From NCBI GenBank assembly GCA_963701095.1, contig OY969564.1:320001-384000 (forward strand): a stretch of DNA of 64,000 nucleotides. Direction: 5' to 3'. The position numbers and the translations under genes are program-made. Source of the DNA: an uncultured Methanoregulaceae archaeon. GTDB lineage: Archaea > Halobacteriota > Methanomicrobia > Methanomicrobiales > Methanospirillaceae. The number at the start of each line of letters is the position of its first letter. The first letter of the stretch is position 1. A model generated the notes under the pieces. That model was not told the origin of the DNA and made no database searches. It saw nothing but the letters and a program-made list of their open reading frames with translations. Below, one piece after another: positions 1 through 9,246 of this stretch.

Positions 1-553
1 GGGTGGGAATCAGCCTTGTTGGGCAGGTAAAATTTACCTAACTCTCCAATCCACTTTTCAACCACTTTCCAAAAAAAAATAAGCCCGTATAATGGCTAGG
101 GGCAGCAAGGGGCAGATAATTATCTATTTCCGTAAAGTCTTCATGAAGAATCCTATAGAAAAAGTTTACAAAATAGGTATCTATGTGCCCTCTTCTGCCC
201 TTTTCAAAAAAGAACCTCAAATTATAGAAATACGTTCCAATAAGCAATCTCTCCTGCCCTTTGTGAAATGGACGGTAGGAAAAACGCTCCTTTCTTCCCC
301 CAGGTCCTTGCAACGAGGTAAGCATAGAGGTAATTATAAAGGCCATCATCACCAATGAAAACTTTTTTCATTCAGATACATGAGATCCCCGGACAACTTA
401 ATTCCTGTAACGACTGATGACCGGGTCTCTCACACAATTATCTTATTGTAGAAAAATATGGGGGATTTTTACCCAAAAGTAAAGTGGACTTGGATAAGGA
501 CAACCCCGCTTCAAAGACCCGGCCGGGGATCTCCAATGGAAATATACCCCAAC

Positions 554-581
554 CTTTCACAAAACGAACGTTTATTGAAAG
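554..581. promoter_or_regulatory. Serine recombinase crossover/binding site (hix/res-like) abutting a TATA box
   Basis: CTTTCACAAAACG-AA-CGTTTATTGAAAG: 13-bp inverted arms (11/13) around a central AA, followed directly by TATATAAA and the recombinase ATG. Confidence 0.65.
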
Positions 582-614
582 TATATAAATACAACAACCA
601 ACAAAGGTAGTATT

Positions 615-1199
615 ATGAAAGAAGTGGGGTATGCAAGGATAAGTACCGATAAACAGGTACTTGATGGCCAGTGTGAAGCTCTTCTCAAAATAATGCCCCG
701 GGGGGATATCTACGCGGACACCTGCTCCGGTACAATACCCGCCAAAGAACGCCCGGGCTTTACTGCACTAATGGCAGCGGTGAAAGCGGGAGGAGTGAGT
801 ACGGTTGTGGTCTATGAATTCTCCCGGCTGGGACGCTCGTATGCGGATTCAGTCCGAACAGTTCTCGACCTTGAGGATCTCAACATCACGGTCCGGTCTC
901 TCTCCCCCAAAGAGGCATACATTAGCACTTGCGCTGATAAAGGCATGAAACGCATAATGCTGACGATCGCGCTGACATCGGCAGAGCGGGAGCGGGATCT
1001 ATTAAGCGAGCGGACAAAACAGGGCCTTGTGGCAGCCCGGGCACGCTTGAAGGTATCTGGCCGGGAACTGGGACGACCCACAATACCGTTTAACCGTGAA
1101 TTTGTCGAGGCAGAGAAGGCACGAGGGCAGACACACAAACAGATAGCCGCATCGTTAGGAATGGGTGTTACAACTCTCTGGAAGCGCATGAACGAATAA
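615..1199 (+). CDS. Small serine recombinase (resolvase/invertase) with C-terminal HTH
   Basis: GYARIST catalytic motif, SRLGRS, ERTKQGL, GRP, C-terminal HTH. Confidence 0.95.
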   Translation: MKEVGYARISTDKQVLDGQCEALLKIMPRGDIYADTCSGTIPAKERPGFTALMAAVKAGGVSTVVVYEFSRLGRSYADSVRTVLDLEDLNITVRSLSPKEAYISTCADKGMKRIMLTIALTSAERERDLLSERTKQGLVAARARLKVSGRELGRPTIPFNREFVEAEKARGQTHKQIAASLGMGVTTLWKRMNE

Positions 1200-1654
1200 G
1201 AGCGATCAACCCACCATTCTTTTTAATCATCACCCCCAACGCACAATAACGCCCGTATATGGCAGCAATAGCCAATCGGAGCCCGTATTTTCGTTTCACA
1301 GGCGAAAAACGGTTTTTATATACTGCCAGGGAGGCCAGATAAAAATCCGGGAATTTTCACCTTTTTGGAGGCCTACCCGCTTCTACAAAAATCTTAAAAA
1401 AATGGGTTTTTTTGAGGTCGTTATAAATTGGAAAGTGCCCCGAGTCCAAAACAAAAGACCACCAAGGCGATCAGGGCGATGAAACCCAGTACGATCGCTA
1501 CGGATATCCCGGTGGCAAATTTCCCGCAGAAAGATAGCAGGTCCATTCTCTCAAACACTCTTTGATTGGGTTTTTCCCCTTGACACGATAAAACGTGTGG
1601 GGGCTCTGGATAAAATAACAAGATTAATCCCAATCGAGTATCTAAAACGACATT

Positions 1655-2260
1655 ATGAAAAAGAGCATTATTTTTACTGGGGTATTGCTTTTGATCATCG
1701 CGGTATTTGTTGCCGGGTGTACATCAAATTCCCCGGCCAGCACCACCACTCCGGTACCAACAACCCCCCAATTATCAACGGTTGACCCCGCAGATATGGC
1801 ACTAACGTTATCAGACGTGCCTACAGGTTTCACGATAAAAGAGGGATCAGAAAAGACGTCTTCAGATGTTAGTCAAGAATATATTAGAGATGGGTGGGAA
1901 AAGGGATATTATGTACAGTTCGACCGAGTGAATACTGCCACTCAAGATTTCGAAATTTTAGAACAAACACTGAGCGTTTATCCAATTGGTCACGTGAACT
2001 TGGTCATGACACAGGCGAGTACCGAAATACTACAAACGGCAAATGCGACCAATACCGTTGAAAAATTATCAGATCCTAGCATTGGTGATTCGAGTGCGGC
2101 ATTTAGGACAAAAACCAGCATCGATGGTTTTCCGGTCACAGGGTTTACAATATTTTTTGTAAAAAAAGACGTATTTGAAGCGTTAGACCTAGAGGGCACA
2201 TCGGCGGATTATGCAACGCTCAAGAACTTGGCAAACGTTTCAGTCTCGAAGATCAGATAA
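1655..2260 (+). CDS. Secreted lipoprotein (paralog of 44397-45059)
   Basis: Signal peptide with VAGC lipobox, Pro/Thr linker, motifs shared with the 44397 protein. Confidence 0.8.
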   Translation: MKKSIIFTGVLLLIIAVFVAGCTSNSPASTTTPVPTTPQLSTVDPADMALTLSDVPTGFTIKEGSEKTSSDVSQEYIRDGWEKGYYVQFDRVNTATQDFEILEQTLSVYPIGHVNLVMTQASTEILQTANATNTVEKLSDPSIGDSSAAFRTKTSIDGFPVTGFTIFFVKKDVFEALDLEGTSADYATLKNLANVSVSKIR

Positions 2261-2403
2261 ATAACCAATCATATTTTTCGTTTTTTTAGCAAACTCACGT
2301 CAGAAAAGTTACTGTTTACGCTGTTCAGGCTGTTCAATAAAACAAGTAAAGTTGTTATTAACGCAAGTGTACTTTATATCCTTTGAAAGTCATATGGCAG
2401 GGT

Positions 2404-2571
2404 ATGGCAATACAACACGAGCGAGCAGGCGTTGTATATCAGCGTACCTCCGTGGATATACCCGCCGATGTAAAGGCCGATGTCGATAAGTACGGAATCA
2501 ACGTCACGCAGACATCAGTGGAAGCCCTGAAAAAGGCAGTAGAACAGAAGAAGGCAGAGGTGCCGGCATGA
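2404..2571 (+). CDS. Small ribbon-helix-helix / CcdA-like DNA-binding protein
   Basis: RTSVDIPADVK...GINVTQ...EALKKAV pattern. Confidence 0.55.
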   Translation: MAIQHERAGVVYQRTSVDIPADVKADVDKYGINVTQTSVEALKKAVEQKKAEVPA

Positions 2572-2708
2572 GCACCGATTACAACGACTTAAATAAGATC
2601 GACAATGACGGGAATCCGCTTGTTGGTAACGCCGGTGCGATTGCCATCCAACAGAGGATACTAACCGCACAAATCAAGAGCAGGGGGCCAGCACATGACC
2701 GACAGTAA
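2568..2708 (+). CDS. 46-aa hypothetical protein (not in ORF track)
   Basis: ATGA overlap with the previous gene, GAGGTG RBS; MSTDYNDLNKIDNDGNPLVG... Confidence 0.5.
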   Translation: MSTDYNDLNKIDNDGNPLVGNAGAIAIQQRILTAQIKSRGPAHDRQ

Positions 2709-2925
2709 CCCCGAAGAAGAAGCCGGCCAGAACTCCGCCGACGTGATGAACACCGGCAGAGACGTGCCCCTGACTCCCGGCGAGATCATGAACAGAGACC
2801 GAAAACAGCGGGCAGAGGCAGCCCTCCGGGAAAACGAAGCGTACCAGCGCGGTATGGCCGAAGGGATGCGGAAGTTTAACAGCACACTGTTGAATCCCGA
2901 GAACAATCAGGAGAAGGTGCAATAA
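2695..2925 (+). CDS. Hypothetical protein
   Basis: Coupled ORF in the small-gene operon. Confidence 0.55.
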   Translation: MTDSNPEEEAGQNSADVMNTGRDVPLTPGEIMNRDRKQRAEAALRENEAYQRGMAEGMRKFNSTLLNPENNQEKVQ

Positions 2926-2926
2926 T

Positions 2927-3434
2927 ATGGCCGTTTCCGAAATGCAGATCGAGTACCGGGTCCGGCCCGTCATAGCCGAGATGGAAAAAGGGCTTTTTAA
3001 GGTCGTGGATGAACTCCAGAAGGAAACACTGGCTATAAACGTTGCCCGGGTCCGCTCGGATTTCATGCAGGACCTGACATCTTCACTAGGGCAGTACCCG
3101 GGAGCTCCGGTACTTTGGAGACGACGCCCCGGAGATTCATGCAGTCCCGCCTTCACAGCGAGAGAAGGAAAAGATAACGCTGAACCGGCCGGTCCGGGAA
3201 GTCCTCCGGGTTGTCAAGTACTGTCAGGACAATCCCCGTGTGACCGGCGAAGATTTACAGCGGCTCCGGTCCACGGCATTCAGGTCCTTCCCCCCGCATC
3301 TGAACATCCAGATCATCCCAATTCTTACCGCTTACGGTGAGATTTTCGTGAAGCTCGCAGAGTTCCAGCGGCTGTTACGGTTCGATGCGGAAGAAGAGCC
3401 GGCGGACAGCATTCTCAAGGCCCCCAAACGATGA
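2927..3434 (+). CDS. Hypothetical protein, one apparent frameshift near 3110
   Basis: The frame of the 3240-3434 ORF is open back to ~3113 (FGDDAPEIHAVPP...) and so joins the 2927 ORF. Confidence 0.45.
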
Positions 3435-3565
3435 CACCGCCGGGGCACAGCACCCGGAGGCCAAAGGGGATCGTGTGCAGACAATGCGGACGGAGGTTCG
3501 CGGACTGGATGACCTTAATCCTGCACAAACCCTGTAAGGGCGTACCAGTCAAAACCAAACCATGA
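3431..3565 (+). CDS. 44-aa zinc-finger microprotein
   Basis: ATGA overlap; CRQCGRRFADWMTLILHKPC (C-x2-C-x12-H-x2-C). Confidence 0.5.
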   Translation: MTPPGHSTRRPKGIVCRQCGRRFADWMTLILHKPCKGVPVKTKP

Positions 3566-3813
3566 CCGGGGGGGCGAGCGGGTTTGTTACATTTTCCCGC
3601 GATGAACCCCTGCAGCGCCACCGTTACTGCATTTTTTACACACCCTGGGGGGGAAATTACAACCCCCCGGGGATCGTGCCGTTTTGTAACCGCAATTATC
3701 CGTCAATAAAGCCCCACCAAGGCACTTCTTTTGGCAAAAGTCCCTGCCGATGGGTAAAAGTATGCGGTAAGTGAAAGAAAGGCCGGTTTTAAGAGAAACA
3801 AACTTCAGAAAAG

Positions 3814-3898
3814 TGCGAGGGATGGGATTCGAACCCAAGAACTCCTACGAGATTAGGCCCTCAACCTAACGCCTTTGACCTGGCTTGGCTACCCTCGC
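3814..3898 (-). tRNA. tRNA-Leu(GAG)
   Basis: 85 nt, acceptor stem GCGAGGG/CCCTCGC, anticodon arm TTAGG-TTGAGGG-CCTAA, long variable arm, GGTTCGAATCC. Confidence 0.97.
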
Positions 3899-3955
3899 CC
3901 TTTACTTTTTTTGAGGGATTATCTTACCGAGCAACGCAGTGCCTAAACCTTGTCA

Positions 3956-4002
3956 TAGGCCCTCAACCTAGCGCCTTTGACCTGGCTTGGCTACCCTCGC
4001 CC
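3956..4002 (-). repeat. Duplicated 5' half of tRNA-Leu(GAG)
   Basis: 47-nt copy with one mismatch, ending in the anticodon stem. Confidence 0.9.
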
Positions 4003-4258
4003 AGATAAGAATTGCACTGCGACTGTCGCCGGTGAGGCCGGCTTATCCCGCTTCTGTGCCATAACAAAAAGGTTGTCTATCTAAAAGAATGTTATGGCCA
4101 TTTTTTCGTAATCCACGTCAGAACACGTATTCCGGAATCAGGTTGGCTAGTAAACACCGGTTATTTTCAAACAGAATATATTTTCCTATTGTTTGTATAC
4201 GTTAATGGCATGCCGGAAGCATACATGTATATTTATCTACGTTATACCCGGTGAACAT

Positions 4259-4760
4259 ATGTGGTCAGATATTATCCACGAATTTGCAGACTCGCCGTCC
4301 CAGGGTCGCGTTGTCCGGTTCCTCCTTGAAAACGGTTTTGGGGTTAACGAGGAAGGAAGGATCTGCTGCAATGATATAGAGATCCCGGCAACGTCAGTCG
4401 CAAAAGCGATTGGTTCGGATCGCCGCGTCGTGGATTCTACTGCACGACGCATACTGGACCGCCCTTTCCTGCGGGAGATCTTTCTTAATATGCGGGCGAC
4501 GCCGGACCTGAGCCGGGTTGCAGAATCCTTGGGGTTCTCAGTTATTGTTGTCATGCCCCGGGATGCGAATGAGCGTGGTATCATCGGTTCCGCCATCCGT
4601 GTTATTGCTGACCATTCTCTTGCGATCCGTCAGATATTTGTCACTGACCCCCAGTCTGTCTGAGGATCCCAAATTGGTAATCATTGTCGAGGATCCGTTA
4701 CCTGCAGGTGTGGTAAATGAGATCCGGTCCCTCCCGCAGGTGCGTCAGGTCATCATTTAA
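4259..4760 (+). CDS. ACT-domain regulator of amino acid metabolism (COG2150), frameshift near 4655
   Basis: RVVRFLLENGFGV, IRQIFVTDP continuing in another frame as LSEDPKLVII. Confidence 0.85.
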
Positions 4761-4766
4761 AAAACG

Positions 4767-5264
4767 TCAATGCGTGAGCAGTTCCACGTCGTTAGCCAGC
4801 CGATACATCCGTTTTCGGATCTTCCGGGGAAGGTTAACGGCAGCGGCAATTTCCTCCTCGATGATTACCCGATTAGAACCGGCAATAAGGTTGTCACTGT
4901 GCGTGACGATTTTTTCCTCGATAGTTTGTGGCATACAATCACGGGGTAAAAGTCCAAGCAACGTGCATTCATCTGCAGTCAGGCCGGCTCCGGTGTGACA
5001 TTCCACGATTCTTGCTATCTCTTCACGAAATCCCTTTTCGCGCAGGAGATCTGCACCCCGTTGTGCATGACCGATTGAATGTGTATTCCCGCGACCAATA
5101 TCATGGAGCATCGCGCCGATAGTTACAAGATTTCTATCAGCGAGATCGGACCGCTTGGCATACTCCTCTGCGCAAGTGCATACCGCTTTACAATGAGCGA
5201 TTACCTTCGGTCTGACGCCGCCCTTACGGAGCAGGGAAATACAACGAATCCGGTTCTCAGGCAT
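4767..5264 (-). CDS. HD-domain protein (TIGR00295-like)
   Basis: HCKAV, LHDIGR, ECHTGAG, EEKIVTHSDN. Confidence 0.9.
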   Translation of the reverse strand: MPENRIRCISLLRKGGVRPKVIAHCKAVCTCAEEYAKRSDLADRNLVTIGAMLHDIGRGNTHSIGHAQRGADLLREKGFREEIARIVECHTGAGLTADECTLLGLLPRDCMPQTIEEKIVTHSDNLIAGSNRVIIEEEIAAAVNLPRKIRKRMYRLANDVELLTH

Positions 5265-5778
5265 GTCCCAAGGTTTTCTTCATGCTCTCGATGCGGTCCC
5301 GTAATGCTTTTACCAGCATTTCATTTTCAAAATGGGAAAGCGGGACGTCGCAGTTCGGGCACTTGAAATCGTTACCAATCGCTACCGTGAAGGTGTAAAT
5401 GTCGTGGCATTCCTTACAGATGTAGAAATCGTTCTCTTCTTCAAACATGATCCTGCGTTCAAGTTTATGAAGCACCATTTCCATTTCTTCACGGATTGCG
5501 TCATGGATATGATCTATCCGCAGCTGCCAGAGATAGGTCAGCCATCCGGTTTCGTTGTTCTTGATCCTGTGGTATTCAGCTAGTCGTTTCTCGTACAGTG
5601 TATACAGGGTATGCCGTACTGAGTTCAGGTTAATGCCGGTTTTAGCGGCTAGATCTTCGTCGCTGTGTTCGCCTTCTTTGGGGAATTTCTCAAGAAGATT
5701 GAGTCCCTCGTCACCCACCAGCCGGTGAATATATGATCGCATTGCGGGATTATTGAGTACTTCTTCCACTGGATCCAT
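5257..5778 (-). CDS. tfe: Transcription factor E alpha
   Basis: Winged helix, GWLTYLW, Zn ribbon CKEC...CPNC. Confidence 0.95.
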   Translation of the reverse strand: MDPVEEVLNNPAMRSYIHRLVGDEGLNLLEKFPKEGEHSDEDLAAKTGINLNSVRHTLYTLYEKRLAEYHRIKNNETGWLTYLWQLRIDHIHDAIREEMEMVLHKLERRIMFEEENDFYICKECHDIYTFTVAIGNDFKCPNCDVPLSHFENEMLVKALRDRIESMKKTLGHA

Positions 5779-6851
5779 CAGCGCATATATTGTCGGACGG
5801 TGCTAATATTCTTATCCAGCGTACCAAATGCTGCATTGCGGGATGGACCTGTGCCTGAGACACTCGTAATTGCCTGGCCCTCTTCAAAAAAAGTCCCGGG
5901 CCACGGGATATCCGAAACGACCGGTGCAAATACTTTTAAATCTGCATCAAGGGTCAGGTCCCGGTCAGCAAATAGGATCCGGCGTGCAGCAAATATCTGT
6001 GGCCGTGGTGGTTCAGGGAGCATTCCTGCACAGGCATTGACATGAAACCGGAACAGGTTACAGGCATATGCAGCCTCGATGGTATCAAGGGTACCCTGGA
6101 ACCGGGGATTCATTTCTATGACATATGGCACATCGTTGCCAACGACAAAATCGATGCCCAGGCAGCCGATACAACCACTTGCTCCCGCAACCTTTTCGGC
6201 AATCTTAACCATTTCTTTCGCCAACGGGTGGTCAAAGGGTGTTACTGATCCTGAGAAACCAAACGCCGATTCACCGGTTTCCCGAAGTATCTGTTCATTT
6301 ACTGCAATCGCCTTTGCCGCATAGCCGTTTGCGATGCAGCAGACGCTTGCCGGGACACCTTCGGCAACCTCTTGCCGGATGTAAGGAATATCCGGGAAAA
6401 GTGCTGCCCATTTTTTTTCTGCCAAGTTATCGTTTAGTATAGCATTACGCCAGCCTCCGGCACCCCGGCGCGGTTTTGCCATCACCGGATAGTGACCATC
6501 ACCAGCAATGCGGGGGACAGGGACCTTAAGTTCTTCAAAAAAATGCTGCATCGTGAGCTTGTCAAGGAAACGTTCGATGCGGTCCCGCGGCGTCCCGCAG
6601 AGCGGAACAGGAAAAGAGATATCTTCCGCACCAGAAGTAGCCACAGCGAAATCAAAGGAGTACCGGTTGCAAAGTTGGGAAATCGCGCCGGGAATGTCGC
6701 TGATATCCTCAAACCGTATCCGATCCCGGGTATACCAGGAAAGATCCTGGTCGCAGAAATGGTCAACCGCACAGACCTCGTACCCGGCAAGAGTAGCGGA
6801 CTGCGCTACATGCCGTGTAGTAAAACCGACAACAAGAACCCGTCCTTTCAC
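5778..6851 (-). CDS. ATP-grasp family protein (COG2232)
   Basis: [23 protein letters not shown]. Confidence 0.88.
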   Translation of the reverse strand: MKGRVLVVGFTTRHVAQSATLAGYEVCAVDHFCDQDLSWYTRDRIRFEDISDIPGAISQLCNRYSFDFAVATSGAEDISFPVPLCGTPRDRIERFLDKLTMQHFFEELKVPVPRIAGDGHYPVMAKPRRGAGGWRNAILNDNLAEKKWAALFPDIPYIRQEVAEGVPASVCCIANGYAAKAIAVNEQILRETGESAFGFSGSVTPFDHPLAKEMVKIAEKVAGASGCIGCLGIDFVVGNDVPYVIEMNPRFQGTLDTIEAAYACNLFRFHVNACAGMLPEPPRPQIFAARRILFADRDLTLDADLKVFAPVVSDIPWPGTFFEEGQAITSVSGTGPSRNAAFGTLDKNISTVRQYMR

Positions 6852-7378
6852 AGTTCCTCCGTTTGTTTTCCGGCCTGCGATGGTATAATACGGATCTTCG
6901 CACCGGGAAATGTCCGGTTGAATTCTGACCCTTCATAGAAGCGATCGAGAAACAGCGCAAGACTTGCTATTTCTGAATGCGGCTGGCCGGTGACAGAAAC
7001 ATTGTAATCCGCTAGCCCGTACATCTCGCCGGGAACTTTTTCGGCCCCCACTACCACTAGCAGTTTCTCACACGGTTGAATTTCACCAATAATATCAGGA
7101 AGGTTAATTCCGTACATTGTGAGATGAACAACCTTCCCCCCGGCTGCTTTCCATTCCTTGATGCAGGTTCGCCACTTCACATCGTCGGTGCAGAAAAAAT
7201 TACCGCCCCACCGTTCTGCAACGTCAGCAACACTTTGCACTACACCCTTATCGCGGGTTGCAAGAAACATACCTGAGGCGCCAAGTGCCCGGCCAGTTAA
7301 TGCTACGTGAGTGGTAACCCGCTGGTCCCGTTCCGGCCGGTGACCTATCCTGAGTATCGCTACTTCTTTTTCCGTCAT
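6848..7378 (-). CDS. trm56: tRNA (cytidine(56)-2'-O)-methyltransferase
   Basis: [35 protein letters not shown]. Confidence 0.95.
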   Translation of the reverse strand: MTEKEVAILRIGHRPERDQRVTTHVALTGRALGASGMFLATRDKGVVQSVADVAERWGGNFFCTDDVKWRTCIKEWKAAGGKVVHLTMYGINLPDIIGEIQPCEKLLVVVGAEKVPGEMYGLADYNVSVTGQPHSEIASLALFLDRFYEGSEFNRTFPGAKIRIIPSQAGKQTEEL

Positions 7379-7653
7379 AGATCTTTTTTCCGTGCCTTTA
7401 TCATGCCGTCTTCAATGATATACGGGAGTGTATTATCATATTTTGCCTGGCATTTTATGAGTGCTTCTCCTATGGAAAGCACTCGTACGGCGCCGTCTTT
7501 CCGGTCGATAAGGAAGGAACGTTCGAGCCGGTCCAGTGAGGTTGCAATTTCCACCTCACTAATCCCGCTTTTTTCTGCAAGCCCTGCAGCAGTTATGGCC
7601 GGCTCCTGCGCGATGATGTGATAGACCAGCCAGTCCGTATCCGATTCTTTCAC
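7375..7653 (-). CDS. Small winged-helix protein
   Basis: HTH-like segment, operonic with trm56. Confidence 0.75.
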   Translation of the reverse strand: MKESDTDWLVYHIIAQEPAITAAGLAEKSGISEVEIATSLDRLERSFLIDRKDGAVRVLSIGEALIKCQAKYDNTLPYIIEDGMIKARKKDL

Positions 7654-7751
7654 CTTTACACATTCCGCCGCAGCCCCATTAAAATTTATTGCCCTTGTCT
7701 TTTACTGTCCGAACACGCACCCTTTTTGCTCATCAGGGCTTACCGTATGCC

Positions 7752-8156
7752 ATGGATGAAGAAGATCCTTCGTTTACCGAACTTGTCCGGATCGCAGACT
7801 GCCTTCTCGAAGAAAGTGGCGATGATGAAGATGCATTAGTGCGCAGGCTTGAAACCATGCCTCTGCCGGTCCTCCACGAACTGATAGTCTCGGATCTCCT
7901 GAACGCGTGGCAGGTTTTTTATTATTTTTTCCGCACCACGCCCGAAGAATTAATACGGGAACGTCTTGAACTCGAACCCGCGTCCTCACTTGTAGATGGG
8001 ATCGAGATAGATGAGATCGATCTCCTGATCCGGGTATTCCGGGTGAGAAATAGTATACCAGAGATTTTAGTTACTGACGGTAAAGAAACCCTCAAAACTT
8101 TTTCCGGCGTGAATGCATTTGACGATAGTTTTTCCTATATCGAATCGACTTCATAA
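7752..8156 (+). CDS. Acidic hypothetical protein
   Basis: ORF with plausible ATG at 7752. Confidence 0.7.
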   Translation: MDEEDPSFTELVRIADCLLEESGDDEDALVRRLETMPLPVLHELIVSDLLNAWQVFYYFFRTTPEELIRERLELEPASSLVDGIEIDEIDLLIRVFRVRNSIPEILVTDGKETLKTFSGVNAFDDSFSYIESTS

Positions 8157-8863
8157 ACGATCGCCGGCAGTAATCAGCTGTTCATCGACCCGTGCTGGGA
8201 CAACCGGGGGACTGTTCCCCACTCAATAATCGTTTCTCTCATGATGGCATAGACACCCTGGACCGTCGTCGGGGGAATGCTATCAAGGATACGCCGGTCA
8301 TCCGGCCGCAGCTCATTGCAGACAGCAGTCGCCCAGGCATCGGCGACAAGCGGGTCCTGCGCAAAGATTGTGACTGCGTCGGCTATACCAAATGATATGG
8401 AGGGACCGACGGTCGCTGATGACGTACAGATCCCAAACGGTTCTTTTTGTGGAGGGATAATAAATGCGATCCGGTCAGAGGCCGGGGCTGTTCCTGCATG
8501 AACACCTACGGTTAGTTCGCGTTCGCTCACAAGGGCAATATCGCCACCGTTATCGATGACCCCAAACGAAGCCCCTGCTTTTATCATGGCGTCAATGCCG
8601 GCAGCTGCTATGGCACCAGCTACCGTTGCCATCGGTCCGACACCCGCTTCAGCTGCTGATTCTGCCATGTGGCAAATAAGGGGGTCATCTGTATCCGGTT
8701 TGTACGGGAAAAAAGTACTGGCAAAAAAAGGGTCACGGGCGATATGCGCTTCAAGAACGAGCCGGGCGGAAATCATACCCTCCTTTGCAGCGGCCGCGTG
8801 AACCGGAGAATCGGCCAGGATCGCGGCAAAGGTTTCGCGGTACCGGAACGGCTCGCGGATCAT
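8151..8863 (-). CDS. UPF0280 (ApbE-like) protein, probable frameshift near the C-terminus
   Basis: GVGPMATVAG, DNGGDIA, GICTSSATVGPSISFG; an alternative frame gives PPVVPARVDEQLITAG*. Confidence 0.9.
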
Positions 8864-9246
8864 AGAGGAAGCGAAAGCGCCTGGTGGGGGCATGCCGGGA
8901 CGCATTTACCGCAAAGGATACACTTTTCTTCTGCTATAGAAAGTTTCCAGTCTTTGTCAAATGTGAAAACTTCCCGGGGGCAGATAGCAATACAGGCACC
9001 GCAGTCCACGCATTCGCTGAGATCGAGACTGATTCCGTGTTCGAGCAATCTAACCGTTGCCCCCAGCCGGGTCAGACTGTCCCGCACGAGTTTGCACTGT
9101 TCCTGGGGGACTTCAATAAGCGCTTCACCTTCAGAAGTATCAATAACGGCCCGTTCTACATTGATAAGCACTCCGGTGTCCTTTACTGCCTGGGCAATAA
9201 TGGGGGCATTTTTCCGTCCTTTGGAAAAGTTTACCAGGAGTTTCAT
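8860..9246 (-). CDS. NIL-domain 2x[4Fe-4S] ferredoxin (homocysteine synthesis partner)
   Basis: INVERA NIL-like segment plus two CxxCxxCxxxCP motifs. Confidence 0.9.
   Translation of the reverse strand: MKLLVNFSKGRKNAPIIAQAVKDTGVLINVERAVIDTSEGEALIEVPQEQCKLVRDSLTRLGATVRLLEHGISLDLSECVDCGACIAICPREVFTFDKDWKLSIAEEKCILCGKCVPACPHQALSLPL

Larger units (their letters stand above)
1..3813. mobile_element. Right end of a putative integrated element next to tRNA-Leu(GAG)
   Basis: Recombinase plus short overlapping orphan ORFs lying directly 3' of a tRNA; the other end is outside the window. Confidence 0.55.

Noticed and set aside
38..358. Overlapping ORFs at the window start
   Set aside because: No recognisable motif and frames are ambiguous; cannot be supported.
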